DNA from: Actinomycetes bacterium
GTDB lineage: Bacteria; Actinomycetota; Actinomycetes; JACCUZ01
Length of the DNA: 64,000 nucleotides
Direction of reading: 5' to 3'
Assembly: GCA_036269735.1 (NCBI GenBank)
Contig: DATBDW010000228.1
Location: 759-64,758 of the forward strand
The notes under the pieces were generated by a model that saw nothing but the letters and a program-made list of their open reading frames with translations, made no database searches and had not been told where the DNA came from. Positions 28,190 through 37,987 of the stretch are shown in pieces. Every line of letters starts with the position of its first letter. Position 1 is the first letter of the stretch. Both the position numbers and the translations under genes were made by a program.

Positions 28190-28732
28190 ATGAGTGCAGC
28201 CGATGCGTTCCCCAACCCCTACCCGCTGCTCGGCGAGTTGCCCTCGTTCGAGGTGACCAGCGCCGACCTGACCGACGGTGGCGAGATGCCGCCCGCCCAG
28301 CGGTCCGGCATGTTCGGCGTCGAAGGCGGGGCCGACGTCTCGCCGCAGCTGTCGTGGTCGGGCTTCCCCGACGCGACCCAGAGCTTCGCGGTGACCATCT
28401 ACGACCCGTGCGCGCCGACGGCCAGCGGCTTCTGGCACTGGGTGGTCGCCGACCTGCCGGTCGGTGTCACGTCGTTGCCCACCGGTGCCGGCAGCGAGGG
28501 CGGCTCACTGCCCGACGGTGCCTTCCACCTGCGCAACGACGCCGGCTTCCCCGGCTTCGTCGGTGCCGGTCCGCCGCCGGGCCATGGCGACCACCGCTAC
28601 TACGTGGTCGTGCACGCGGTCGACGTACCGACTCTCGAGGTGCCGAAAGAGGCGAGCCCCGCCTTCCTGGGCTTCAACCTGTTCTCGCACTCGCTGGCCC
28701 GGGCGATCCTCGTGTCGACCTTCGGCCACTAG
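28190..28732 (+). CDS. YbhB/YbcL-family phosphatidylethanolamine-binding (PEBP/RKIP-like) protein
   Basis: 180 aa. ...[38 protein letters not shown]...[18 protein letters not shown]... is the bacterial PEBP signature. Confidence 0.8.
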   Translation: MSAADAFPNPYPLLGELPSFEVTSADLTDGGEMPPAQRSGMFGVEGGADVSPQLSWSGFPDATQSFAVTIYDPCAPTASGFWHWVVADLPVGVTSLPTGAGSEGGSLPDGAFHLRNDAGFPGFVGAGPPPGHGDHRYYVVVHAVDVPTLEVPKEASPAFLGFNLFSHSLARAILVSTFGH

Positions 28733-29085
28733 ACCCAGAGCACCAGCACCAGCGCGAGCACCGCGGCGAGCACGATGCCGACGGTCACGGGCGTGATCGC
28801 CCATGATCGTGGCAGCACGTCGCCGCGGCGCATCGCGGCGTCGACCTCACGCCAGCGCAGCCGCGCCGTGACGGCCAGGAGCAGTCCCACGACGACGAGC
28901 AGGACACCGATCACCCGGCGCAACCCCTCGTGGCCGGCGTGCGGCAGTGCACCCACGACGGCCACGCCGCCGGCGAGCAACGCGAGCGCGGTGCGCACGT
29001 AGGCGAGATAGGTCCGCTCGGCAGCCAACGACATCCGGTAGTCGGGCTCGCTCTCGGGCTGTCGGTACGCCGGGTGCTCGGTCAC
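28729..29085 (-). CDS. DUF202 (YidH-like) small membrane protein
   Basis: 118 aa. ...[24 protein letters not shown]... followed by 2 more TM helices. Confidence 0.6.
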   Translation of the reverse strand: MTEHPAYRQPESEPDYRMSLAAERTYLAYVRTALALLAGGVAVVGALPHAGHEGLRRVIGVLLVVVGLLLAVTARLRWREVDAAMRRGDVLPRSWAITPVTVGIVLAAVLALVLVLWV

Positions 29086-29137
29086 GCGGTCATCGTGGCA
29101 CCTCGGCGGGCGGGTACGCTCTGCGAGACTGGCCGGC

Positions 29138-32100
29138 GTGGTAATCGACGCCGTCGGCTACCTCGGCCCGCTCGAGGTGCGGGTCGACGGGCAGCAGGTC
29201 GGCGTCCCCGGCCAGCGGCTGCGCCTCCTCCTGCTGCGCCTGGCCGTCGCCGCGGGCCGCCCAGTGAGCTCCACGGACCTCGTGGACACGGTGTGGGAGG
29301 AAGAGCCGCCGGCCGACCCGGCCAACGCCCTGCAGTCCCTGGTGTCCCGGCTGCGGCGCACGCTCGGCGGCGCGGGCACGGTCGAGCAGGGACCTGGCGG
29401 CGGCTACCGCCTGGTGGTGGATCCAGGCGAGGTGGACGCGGTCCGGTTCGCCCGGCTCGCGGCCGAGGGCCGCGGACTGCTCCGTGACGGGGCGTACGAC
29501 GACGGCGCCCGCGTCCTGAGCGAGGCGCTGGCCCTCTGGCGGGGAGAGCCGCTCGCCGATGACCCGTCGCCGGCCGCGGACTCCGAGCGCACCGGCCTGG
29601 CCGAGCTGCGGCTGCAGGTCCAGCGCGACCTGGCGGAGTCCGAGGTCCGGGTCGGCGGCGCCGCGGAGGTGCTCCCCCAGCTCGAGGCACTGGTCGCCGA
29701 CCACCCGCTGCGCGAGGACCTCGTGCTGGTGCAGATGGAGGCGCTGGCTACCGACGGCCGCCCGGCCGAGGCACTGGCCGCTTACGAACGGCTGCGCCGC
29801 GAGCTGGCCGAGAGCCTCGGTGCCGACCCGTCACCTGCGCTGCGAGCCCGCCACCTCGAACTGCTGCGGCTGCCCGACGGCAGCCTCGTGCCGCCGACCA
29901 ACCTGCGCGCGGCGGTCACGAGCTTCGTCGGCCGCGACGACGACGTCCGGGCCGTGGCCTCCCGGCTCGGCAGCGGCCGCCTCGTCACCGTGGTGGGTGC
30001 CGGCGGCGCCGGCAAGACCCGGCTGGCCACCGAGGTCGCCGCGGGTGTCGTCGCAGGCGGGCCGCCCACCGCGCCAGACGGCGTCTGGTTCGTCGAGCTG
30101 GCTCCGGTCAGCGACCCGGCCGACCTGCCGGCCGCCGTGCTGGGCGGCATGGACGTCCGCGACGTGGCCCTCTTCGAGCAGCACGCCGACAGGCCGCCGC
30201 GCGATCCGCGGACCCGCGTGATCGACGTCCTCACCGAGGCCCGCGCGCTGCTCGTCCTCGACAACTGCGAGCACCTGGTGGACGCGGCGGCGGACATCGT
30301 CGCCGAGGTGCTAGCCCGCTGCCCGGGCGTCCGGGTGCTCGCCACGAGCCGCGAGCCGTTGGGCATCGACGGTGAAGTGCTCTACCCCCTGGCCCCGCTC
30401 GCCGCCGACCCTGCCATCCGGCTGCTGCTCGACCGAGCCCTCGCCGCCGGCGCCGAGATCGTGCGGGACGAGTCGACAACCGGGCCGGTCACCGAGATCG
30501 TCCGCCGGCTGGACGGGCTGCCCCTCGCCATTGAGCTGGCGGCCGCCCGCCTGCGGGTGCTCTCCCCCGCTGAGGTCGCCGACCGGCTCTCGGACCGGTT
30601 CCGCCTTCTCACCGGCGGCCGACGGACCGCCGTACCCCGCCACCGCACGCTGCGTGCGGTCGTCGAGTGGAGCTGGGACCTGCTCTCCGACGTCGAGCGC
30701 GAGGTGGCGGAACACTTCACCGTCCTCGGCTCCGGCGCCGACATCGCGGCGGTCGCGGCGGTCTGCCCGACGTGGCGGGCGGCGGCCGGCACGACCGACG
30801 CGCCCGAGGTGACAGACGTCCTGCAGGCCTTGGTGGACAAGTCGATGCTGGTGGCCGAGCGTGACGGCGGGGCCACGCGCTACCGGATGCTGGAGACGCT
30901 GCGCGAGTACGGCGCGGAGCGGCTCGCCGAGCAAGGGACGCTCGACGTCGCCCGCGATGCGCACGCCCGGTACTACGCCGCGGTCACGGTGCGCGCCGAC
31001 CGGGGGCTCCGGTCGGACCGCCAGACCGGCGCGCTGCGCCTCCTCGACCTTGAACGCGACAACGTGCTCACGGCGCTGGGCTGGCTGGGTGGCAGCGGCG
31101 ACGCCGCGTCGGCTCTCGACCTGGCGGTGCATCTCGGCTGGTACTGGTTGCTGCGGGAGAACGGCGAGGACGCGCGCCGCTGGCTCGGCTTCGCCATGGC
31201 CGTGCCCGGGGCGGACGCCCTGGACGCCTACCCCCTCGCGGATGCGCTGCGCACCCTCGGTTCGATCGTCACGGTCGGCGACGACGACACCTCCGCGCAG
31301 GACCGCAGCGTCGAGCTCGTTGCGCTGGCGCAGGGTGTATCAGCCGTGCAGACGTCCTATCCGCTGGCGCGGGTGTTGGCGCCGCTGCTGCTGTTCTTCG
31401 CCGAGGCGCGCGTCGCTGCGCTGGCCGGCATGGAGATGGCGATGGCCGACCCGGACCCGTGGGTGCGGGCGGCGGCCCGGATGGTGCGTGTCGCCCTGGC
31501 CGAGAACGAGGGCGACCTGGGCACGGTACGCGCGGAGGTGGAGACCGCCCTGACCGAGTGGCGGACGATCGGTGACTCGTGGGGGCTCGCGGCGGTGCTC
31601 ACCACCCGAGGCCAGCTGCGGACCTTCGAGGGCGACCTGCTCGGTGCGGCCGAGGACTACGAGGAGGCCAGCGCGAACACCAGGGCCCTCGGCGGGACCA
31701 CCGACGACATGCTCGTCACGATGCGGATGGCCGACCTTCGGCTCCGGGCCGACGACGTCGCAGGCGCCAAGCGCCACCTCGCGACGATGCGCGCCAGTCG
31801 TGCCTACGCGGCCGGCCCGATGATGCGCAACGTCCTGATCGACGTCACCGCGGTCGCGATCGCGGTCGCCGAGCACGACGACGACACGTTGCGCGCCACT
31901 CAGGACACCCTGCTGGCGGCGATGGACACCGGCGCGGAACCGACCCATTTTCAGGCGCACGGCGCGGCCGTGGGCTGGGCCGCGGTGGCCGAGGTCGAGG
32001 TGCGCCTGGGCGACGTCGCGACCGCGCAGGGCTACGCCGCGACGGCCTACCGGATGGCAGTCATGACGAACGACCTGCCCATCGTCGCCGTCACCGGCAT

Positions 32101-32377
32101 CGCGACGGCCGCGGTCGCCGCGGCGATGGGCCAGTACTCCGACGCGGCCGAGCTGATCGGGGCGGCGAGCCGGCTACGGGGCTCGGACGACCCGACCCAG
32201 CCGATGATCGCCCAGCTCGTCGAGCGGGTCCGCGAGCAGCTGGGGACCGCGGCCTACGAGAAGCCCCTTGCCGTCGGGCGCGCGATGGACCGGGCCGAGG
32301 CGGTCGCCCGCCTCGACCCCGCCACGTTGCGGGCAGCCGCGCCCGCTGGGCCCGCCGGTCAGGCGGGCCGGCGGTAG
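29138..32377 (+). CDS. SARP/AfsR-family regulator: winged-helix DNA-binding + BTAD + NB-ARC ATPase + C-terminal TPR-like region
   Basis: 1079 aa. OmpR-like N-terminus (LGPLEVRVDGQQV...RLLLLRLAVAAGRPVSSTDLVDTVW), BTAD (LREDLVLVQMEALATDGRPAEALAAYERLRREL), Walker A VTVVGAGGAGKTRLA and Walker B LLVLDNCEHL. GTG start. Confidence 0.8.
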   Translation: MVIDAVGYLGPLEVRVDGQQVGVPGQRLRLLLLRLAVAAGRPVSSTDLVDTVWEEEPPADPANALQSLVSRLRRTLGGAGTVEQGPGGGYRLVVDPGEVDAVRFARLAAEGRGLLRDGAYDDGARVLSEALALWRGEPLADDPSPAADSERTGLAELRLQVQRDLAESEVRVGGAAEVLPQLEALVADHPLREDLVLVQMEALATDGRPAEALAAYERLRRELAESLGADPSPALRARHLELLRLPDGSLVPPTNLRAAVTSFVGRDDDVRAVASRLGSGRLVTVVGAGGAGKTRLATEVAAGVVAGGPPTAPDGVWFVELAPVSDPADLPAAVLGGMDVRDVALFEQHADRPPRDPRTRVIDVLTEARALLVLDNCEHLVDAAADIVAEVLARCPGVRVLATSREPLGIDGEVLYPLAPLAADPAIRLLLDRALAAGAEIVRDESTTGPVTEIVRRLDGLPLAIELAAARLRVLSPAEVADRLSDRFRLLTGGRRTAVPRHRTLRAVVEWSWDLLSDVEREVAEHFTVLGSGADIAAVAAVCPTWRAAAGTTDAPEVTDVLQALVDKSMLVAERDGGATRYRMLETLREYGAERLAEQGTLDVARDAHARYYAAVTVRADRGLRSDRQTGALRLLDLERDNVLTALGWLGGSGDAASALDLAVHLGWYWLLRENGEDARRWLGFAMAVPGADALDAYPLADALRTLGSIVTVGDDDTSAQDRSVELVALAQGVSAVQTSYPLARVLAPLLLFFAEARVAALAGMEMAMADPDPWVRAAARMVRVALAENEGDLGTVRAEVETALTEWRTIGDSWGLAAVLTTRGQLRTFEGDLLGAAEDYEEASANTRALGGTTDDMLVTMRMADLRLRADDVAGAKRHLATMRASRAYAAGPMMRNVLIDVTAVAIAVAEHDDDTLRATQDTLLAAMDTGAEPTHFQAHGAAVGWAAVAEVEVRLGDVATAQGYAATAYRMAVMTNDLPIVAVTGIATAAVAAAMGQYSDAAELIGAASRLRGSDDPTQPMIAQLVERVREQLGTAAYEKPLAVGRAMDRAEAVARLDPATLRAAAPAGPAGQAGRR

Positions 32378-33204
32378 GCACGCAGCGCCAGCGGGAAGAA
32401 CACCGCGAGCAGGCCGGCCATCCAGACCAGGGTCCACATCAGGTCCACGGCCACCGGCCCGCCGATCATCAGGCCGCGTACCGCGCCGACCAGGTGGGTG
32501 ATCGGGTTCACCTTGACGAAGGCCTGCAGCCAGCCGGGCAGCGTCGAGGTCTGCACGAAGGTGTTGCTGCCGAAGCTGAGCGGCAGCACGATCAGGAACA
32601 TGATGCCCTGCACCGAACCGGGGGTACGGGCCTTCATGCCGACGTAGACCGAGATCCAGCCGAAGCACAGCGCGAAGCCCATCGACAGGGCGAGCGCGGC
32701 GAGCACCGGAAGCAAGCCCGTGGTGATGTCGAAGCCCATCAGCAGGCCCACACCGACAGTGACGAAGAACAGGATCAGGTAGCGCACCAGGTCGGCCATG
32801 ACGGCGCCGACCAGCGGCGCCGACCGGGCGATCGGCAGCGACCGGAACCGGTCGAAGACGCCCTTCTCGATGTCGGCGTTGAGGTTCTGGCCCAGCGAGA
32901 CGCTGGCCATCGCGATGGTCTGACCGAGCAGGCCGGGCAGCAGGAACTGGAGGTACTCGTGCTGCGATCCGCCCGCGATCGCCCCGCCGAAGACGTAGGT
33001 GAACAGCCCCAGGAAGATGATCGGTTGCAGCGTGACGTCGATCAGAGCCTCGGGCGTCCGACGGAGCTTGATGAGGCTCCGCTGCGCCAGGGCCAGCGCG
33101 TGCCGCCAGATGGCGCCGGCCCGCCCCGTCCGGGACGGCGTGCGCGGCGGCTCACGGCGGGCGACCGGCGAGGGGGTCGTCTGGTCGACGACGGTGGTGC
33201 TCAT
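32359..33204 (-). CDS. ABC-2-type transporter permease (DrrB-like)
   Basis: Internal ATG 33204 (MSTTVVDQ...), 6 TM. The start overlaps the ATPase stop (ATGA). The N-terminal part of ORF 32359..33810 is spurious. Confidence 0.75.
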   Translation of the reverse strand: MSTTVVDQTTPSPVARREPPRTPSRTGRAGAIWRHALALAQRSLIKLRRTPEALIDVTLQPIIFLGLFTYVFGGAIAGGSQHEYLQFLLPGLLGQTIAMASVSLGQNLNADIEKGVFDRFRSLPIARSAPLVGAVMADLVRYLILFFVTVGVGLLMGFDITTGLLPVLAALALSMGFALCFGWISVYVGMKARTPGSVQGIMFLIVLPLSFGSNTFVQTSTLPGWLQAFVKVNPITHLVGAVRGLMIGGPVAVDLMWTLVWMAGLLAVFFPLALRAYRRPA

Positions 33205-34172
33205 GCCGCGGCTCCTTCGTCGTCGGTGAGTGTCCCGGGGTCGGCAGACCGGCCGGTGAGTGTCAGGAAGACCTCGTCGAGACTCGGCAGGTGCAGTGAC
33301 AGCTCGTGCACGGTGATGCCGGCATCGCGAACGCGGGCGACGAGGTCGGGCAACGACGAGTCGTCGTCGACCCGCACCGTGAGCTCGCCGCGCAGCCCGG
33401 TCTCGGGAGTACGCCCGGTCAGGTCGGCGAGGATCGCGGCGACGTCTCCGGCCCGGCGTGGGTCGGTCGGCCGGACGCGCAGCCGCTGGCCCCCGACGAG
33501 GTGCTTGAGCCCGTCCGGGGTGTCGTGCGCGATGACCCGGCCTCGGTCGATGACGGTGATCTCGTCGGCCAGGGCGTCGGCCTCGTCGAGGTACTGCGTC
33601 GTGAGCAGGACTGTGGACCCTTCGGCCACCACCCGACGTACGACGTCCCACATCTCCTCGCGCTTGGCGGGGTCCAGGCCGGTGGTCGGTTCGTCCAGGA
33701 AGATCACCGAGGGGCGGCCGACGAGGCTGGCCGCGAGGTCCAGGCGCCGGCGCATCCCGCCGCTGTAGGTCTTGGCGGTCCGCTCGGCCGCCTCGGTGAG
33801 GTCGAACCACTCGAGCAGCTCGCCGGCGCGGGCCTTGGCTCCCCGGCTCGACAGGTCCAGCAGCTTGCCGATGAGGACGAGGTTCTGTGTGCCGGTGAGG
33901 TCCTCGTCGACGGAGGCGTACTGCCCCGTGAGTCCGATCATGGACCGGACGCGGGCAGCGTCACGGACCACGTCGTGGCCCGCCACCCGGGCCGAGCCGC
34001 TGTCGGCCTGCAGGAGGGTCGCCAGGATGCGGACGGCCGTGGTCTTGCCCGCCCCGTTCGGGCCGAGGACGCCGAGAACGCGCCCCTCGGTCACGGCCAG
34101 GCCGACCCCGGCAAGGGCCTGGGTCGCGCCGAAGCGCTTCGTAAGGCCGGAGGCCTCGATCGCGTAGGTCAT
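33201..34172 (-). CDS. ABC transporter ATP-binding protein (DrrA-like)
   Basis: Walker A GPNGAGKTT, Q-loop, signature YSGGMRRRL, Walker B VIFLDEPTTGLD and an H-loop, plus a roughly 100-aa C-terminal DrrA-type extension. Start at the internal ATG (MTYAIEASGL). Confidence 0.85.
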   Translation of the reverse strand: MTYAIEASGLTKRFGATQALAGVGLAVTEGRVLGVLGPNGAGKTTAVRILATLLQADSGSARVAGHDVVRDAARVRSMIGLTGQYASVDEDLTGTQNLVLIGKLLDLSSRGAKARAGELLEWFDLTEAAERTAKTYSGGMRRRLDLAASLVGRPSVIFLDEPTTGLDPAKREEMWDVVRRVVAEGSTVLLTTQYLDEADALADEITVIDRGRVIAHDTPDGLKHLVGGQRLRVRPTDPRRAGDVAAILADLTGRTPETGLRGELTVRVDDDSSLPDLVARVRDAGITVHELSLHLPSLDEVFLTLTGRSADPGTLTDDEGAAA

Positions 34173-34288
34173 GCCGGGAACACTGACGGCCCGCGCTGGC
34201 ATGGCGCGCACACGCCGCTGGCACGGCCTGATACGAGACTGCGGACCCCCCGGCCGGTGTCCAGCCGGCCGGCGGGTCCTCGACGTAG

Positions 34289-36706
34289 CTAGGGGGTGAA
34301 GTCCAGGACCTGCGGGTCGTGGTCGCTGGTCTGGTCGTGGAACTCCGAGTTGACGTGCACGACCTGGTAGTCGATGTCGGAGATCGACGGCGACACCAGG
34401 ATGTGGTCGAGCACCTGCGAGATGCCGTTGAACACGTACGTGTACTGCTGGTCCGTCGGCAGCGTCGTGATGAGGTCGGTGAGGATCGAGGGACCGGTCC
34501 CGTCCGACGTACCAGTGGTCAACGAGGCCAGCGGTGGGCTGAACTGGTAGTCGTTGAGGTCGCCCACCACGAGGACCTGCGCCTTCTTGTCGACGCCCAG
34601 GATGTTCTGGACGAAGTCGTGGACCACCTGCGCCTGGCCGGACCGCTGCACGCGCGACGACTGGTTCGGGAACTGGAACCTGCCGTCCGCGTTCTGGTCG
34701 CCGCCCTTGGAGTCGAAGTGGTTGGCGATGATGATGACCGGGGTGCCGGCGAAGATGAACTCACCCGCGAGCGGTTTGCGACTGGTCGACCAGACCGGGT
34801 TCTGCGGGTCGATCCGCCCCGGGGACAGGGTCAGCGCAGGGTTGCCCTTGATCTTCGTGACCTGAGTCCCGCTGGTCGACCGGTTCACGGTCGGGGCCCC
34901 GCGGTCGACGAAGCTGACCCGGTCGGGGTTGAAGAGGAAGACGTTGCGGATGTTGCCACCCGGCTGGCCGCCGTCCTTGTCGTCGACCGGGTCCACCGAC
35001 CGCCACGCGTAGTGCGGGCCGCCCGCGGCCACGATGGCGTCGGTCAGCTTGATGATCGTCGTGTCCGCCGCGACGACGCCATCGTCGTTCGCACCGGTGT
35101 TGTCCTGGATCTCCTCCAGGGCGACGACGTCCGGCGTCGCGAGGTTGGTCACGACACCCTCGGCCAGGGCCTGGTACTTCGAGTCCGGGTCGCTGGGCGC
35201 CAGGTTCTCGACGTTGTAGGTCGCGACCGACAGCTGCCCGCCGGTCCCCGGGTGGGCCGTGACGGGAGCCAGGTGGTTGTTCTGCACGACCCCGAGGGTG
35301 GACGCCTCGAGGACGTAGCCACCGAAGGTCGACCAGTCGATCGGACCGACCGTCGGGCCGGTCAGGACGTCACCGACGTCCAGCGTGAGGTTCGACCCGT
35401 CCAGCGTCGCGATCTCCAGGCGACCGCTCGGCGTCTTGTTGTCGCCCAGCAGCTCCGCTCCACCCCGATACGTCGCAGCCTGGTCAGGCTTGGTCGTCAC
35501 GTACTGCTCGCCGAAGTCGTTGGACGGGCCCACGACGCGGGCGTTGTCGACCTGGACGCGCATGCCCTCGACGGACTCGTAGTAGTCCAGGGCCGAGCGG
35601 GCCGGCGTGATCGGGGTCTTCTCGATGTTGGCGCCGCCGAGGTCGGGCGCGTAGGTGTCCGGGACCGTGGCCGGGCTGATCACGACTGGCGCGGGCAACG
35701 GGTTGCCCGTGGACACCACGGTCGCCGTCGCTGTCCCGATCTCGGTGACCGAGAGACTCGACGTGCTGCTCACGGTTTCACCGCTGGAGAGGGCGTAGAA
35801 GTCGCTGACCTTGCCCGAGACCAGCACCGAGTCGCCGACATTCACCGGCGAGTTCGAGCTGGTGAAGACGAAGACGCCCTCGCTGGTGGCCGGGTCGCTG
35901 TCGGGGTTCGGGTCCTGGATCCAGTAGCCCCTGCTCGAACCGGTGCGCTTCGCCGTGACGATGCCGGGGACGTTGGTCACGTTGCTGCCGACCTGCGGGG
36001 AGATCCAGGAGTCGCCCTGGATGTCGTGGATCCGCAGCGGGCCGGGCTCACCGTCACCGCCGCCGCCAGTCCCTGACGGCGTCGGTGTCGGCGCCACCGC
36101 GGTGAAGTCGGCCACGTTGTTGTCGGTGTCCGCGCCGCTGGCCGCGCGCTGGGCGGACGTCGTGTTCGACAGGCCGGGAGCGTCGGCCGCACCCTCGTGG
36201 ATCAGAGCTGTTCCGTACCCGACCAGGTCGACGATGCTCGGGTCGGCCGCGCAGTCGGTGGCCGTCTTGCAGGTCAGCGCGCTCGTCGAGTGGACCAGCG
36301 CGACAGTGCCCGTCGTCCCACTCATGCCGATATTGCCGGTCGCGTCGGCCGCTGGCAGCGGGACGCCGTTCCCCGCCCCGGCACCCTCCTGGACCAGGTA
36401 GTGCCCACTCGCCGGCACCGAGCCGCTCAGCGTCGTGACCTGCCACGTCGTGGTCGGGCCTGGGGTGGCCGAGATGTACTGGACCGAGTAGCCGGTCAGG
36501 GTGGTGGCGGAGGCCGCGAGGTTCTGCAGCTCGATGAAGTCGTTCGTGAATTGGGCGCCGGTGTTGCCCCCACCCCCGTAGGCCTCGGAGACCACCAGCG
36601 TGGTGGACGGGGCCGCCTGGGCCGGCACCCCGGGGATCACGGCGGCCAGCCCGAAGGCGGCAACCGCGGCGACGGGGACGGCGATGCGGACGCGAGACGG
36701 GCGCAC
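34289..36706 (-). CDS. secreted extracellular nuclease (ExeM/NucH-like: lamin-tail domain + endonuclease/exonuclease/phosphatase domain)
   Basis: GTG 36706 with GGAGG 5 nt upstream. Signal peptide (RIAVPVAAVAAFGLAAVIPGVPAQA), an LTD-like segment (LVVSEAYGGGGNTGAQFTNDFIELQN), then an EEP fold (LSVATYNVENL ... VVALEEIQDN ... ANHFDSKGGD ... SDHDPQVLDF). Confidence 0.7.
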   Translation of the reverse strand: MRPSRVRIAVPVAAVAAFGLAAVIPGVPAQAAPSTTLVVSEAYGGGGNTGAQFTNDFIELQNLAASATTLTGYSVQYISATPGPTTTWQVTTLSGSVPASGHYLVQEGAGAGNGVPLPAADATGNIGMSGTTGTVALVHSTSALTCKTATDCAADPSIVDLVGYGTALIHEGAADAPGLSNTTSAQRAASGADTDNNVADFTAVAPTPTPSGTGGGGDGEPGPLRIHDIQGDSWISPQVGSNVTNVPGIVTAKRTGSSRGYWIQDPNPDSDPATSEGVFVFTSSNSPVNVGDSVLVSGKVSDFYALSSGETVSSTSSLSVTEIGTATATVVSTGNPLPAPVVISPATVPDTYAPDLGGANIEKTPITPARSALDYYESVEGMRVQVDNARVVGPSNDFGEQYVTTKPDQAATYRGGAELLGDNKTPSGRLEIATLDGSNLTLDVGDVLTGPTVGPIDWSTFGGYVLEASTLGVVQNNHLAPVTAHPGTGGQLSVATYNVENLAPSDPDSKYQALAEGVVTNLATPDVVALEEIQDNTGANDDGVVAADTTIIKLTDAIVAAGGPHYAWRSVDPVDDKDGGQPGGNIRNVFLFNPDRVSFVDRGAPTVNRSTSGTQVTKIKGNPALTLSPGRIDPQNPVWSTSRKPLAGEFIFAGTPVIIIANHFDSKGGDQNADGRFQFPNQSSRVQRSGQAQVVHDFVQNILGVDKKAQVLVVGDLNDYQFSPPLASLTTGTSDGTGPSILTDLITTLPTDQQYTYVFNGISQVLDHILVSPSISDIDYQVVHVNSEFHDQTSDHDPQVLDFTP

Positions 36707-36835
36707 AAATACCTCCGAAAGGGGTGGTGGGCGCCGACAGTCTGCACGAAAGGCACCCAGGTGACCAGAACTTGGGGCAACCAGGAGGACAACGGGGCAT
36801 GTCGCCTCCGGGCGAGCGCGTCCTAGGTTGGGGAC

Positions 36836-37327
36836 GTGACCGAGACCCAGCGGGAGTTCGTCCCCCGCGAGGACGGCGGCGAGCTCGACACCGCGCTCGC
36901 ATTCCTGCGCTTCGCCCGGCACTGCGTGCTGAAGAAGACCGGGGGCCTCGAGGAGGACCAGCTGCGCCGGGCGCTCGTCCCGTCGGGGACCTCCCTGCTC
37001 GGCTTGGTCCAGCACCTCGCCGAGAGCGAGCGTTACTGGTTCGGCTACCACGTCGCCGGGCACCCGGACACCGACATCACCTTCGGCATGGACCTCCCGA
37101 CCGGCAGGGACGCGGCCACGGTGGTTGCCGACTACGAGGCCGCGTCGGCCGAGAGCGATGCGATCCTCACGGCGATCGGCGACCTCGAGACGCCGGTCAG
37201 CCGGCCGATCGACGACCAGCTGCTCAGCGTCCGCTGGGTGATGGCGCACATGACCGGCGAGACGGCCCGCCACGCCGGGCACGCCGACATCCTGCGCGAA
37301 CAGCTGGACGGCGTGACGGGGCGCTGA
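36836..37327 (+). CDS. DinB/DUF664-family protein
   Basis: 163 aa. ...LGLVQHLAESERYWFGYHVAGH ... VMAHMTGETARHAGHADILRE... shows the DinB_2 His triad. Confidence 0.7.
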   Translation: MTETQREFVPREDGGELDTALAFLRFARHCVLKKTGGLEEDQLRRALVPSGTSLLGLVQHLAESERYWFGYHVAGHPDTDITFGMDLPTGRDAATVVADYEAASAESDAILTAIGDLETPVSRPIDDQLLSVRWVMAHMTGETARHAGHADILREQLDGVTGR

Positions 37328-37452
37328 CCAAAGTCTTTGCCGGCACGCTCGATGGTCGGATCTCAGGTGATGTTCACCTCGGACGGAGCTGGGTAGCGAC
37401 TTGGGAAGCCGGGCGTCTCACGGCCGGCTCCGACCGTCGGAGGGAGCACGCA

Positions 37453-37671
37453 ATGCCGTCGTCGAGCATCAAGAACGAGAAGCAGTACGAGGCCCTGCGG
37501 GACAAGGGGATGTCGAAGGAGCGGGCAGCCCGGATCTCCAACGCGCCGGACTCCTCGAAGCACGGCGGGCAGAAATCCGGCTCCGGCGGCGACTCCAAGC
37601 AGGGCGGCACGACGGCGCAGAAGAAGGAGGCCGGCCGCAAGGGCGGTCGTGCCAGCGCGCGCAAGAAGTGA
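37453..37671 (+). CDS. small basic KGG-repeat-like stress protein (YciG-like)
   Basis: SD agggag 6 nt upstream. 72 aa. ...KHGGQKSGSGGDSKQGGTTAQKKEAGRKGGRASARKK has repeated KGG/GG-K motifs. Confidence 0.55.
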   Translation: MPSSSIKNEKQYEALRDKGMSKERAARISNAPDSSKHGGQKSGSGGDSKQGGTTAQKKEAGRKGGRASARKK

Positions 37672-37686
37672 GCGCGCAAGAAGTGA
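37657..37686. repeat. perfect 15-bp tandem duplication (gcgcgcaagaagtga x2) spanning the stop codon of the KGG protein gene
   Basis: Read directly. Both copies end in an in-frame TGA. The downstream convergent gene stop follows immediately. Confidence 0.85.
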
Positions 37687-37687
37687 G

Positions 37688-37987
37688 CTAGCCGGTCTGC
37701 CCGTCCGGGTCGCGGATGTCGATCGTGGAGCCGGTGACGCCGATGTCCGTGAGGGCCTGCTCCAGCGCGGCCCGGGCGTCCTGCTGGGCGCCTGTGACGT
37801 CGTCGGCGGGCAGCACGAGGGTCACGAGCAGGTCGGGATCGTCGTCGCCGGACACCTCGATCGTGGGCGCGCGCTCGAAGTCACGCACCTCGGGCAGGCT
37901 CTGGAGGAGCACGTCCCGCAACGACGTGACCGACCCGCTGCTGTGGACGTGCAGGGAGACCTGGAAGGTGTCGGGCACCCTGCTCAC
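37688..37987 (-). CDS. hypothetical small protein (99 aa)
   Basis: GTG 37987 overlapping the upstream gene's stop (GTGA). Acidic soluble protein; no motif recognised. Confidence 0.4.
   Translation of the reverse strand: MSRVPDTFQVSLHVHSSGSVTSLRDVLLQSLPEVRDFERAPTIEVSGDDDPDLLVTLVLPADDVTGAQQDARAALEQALTDIGVTGSTIDIRDPDGQTG

Noticed and set aside
29090-29704. 204-aa minus ORF and similar antisense ORFs (29082-29690, 30311-31132, 31340-31960, 32359-33810 upstream part)
   Set aside because: All are antisense to the SARP regulator or the ABC genes. They are Arg/Pro/Gly-rich with no domain signatures.
34289-37282. 997-aa minus ORF
   Set aside because: The first about 190 codons are low-complexity and overlap the DinB gene antisense. 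A GTG with a good SD and a signal peptide at 36706 marks the true start.
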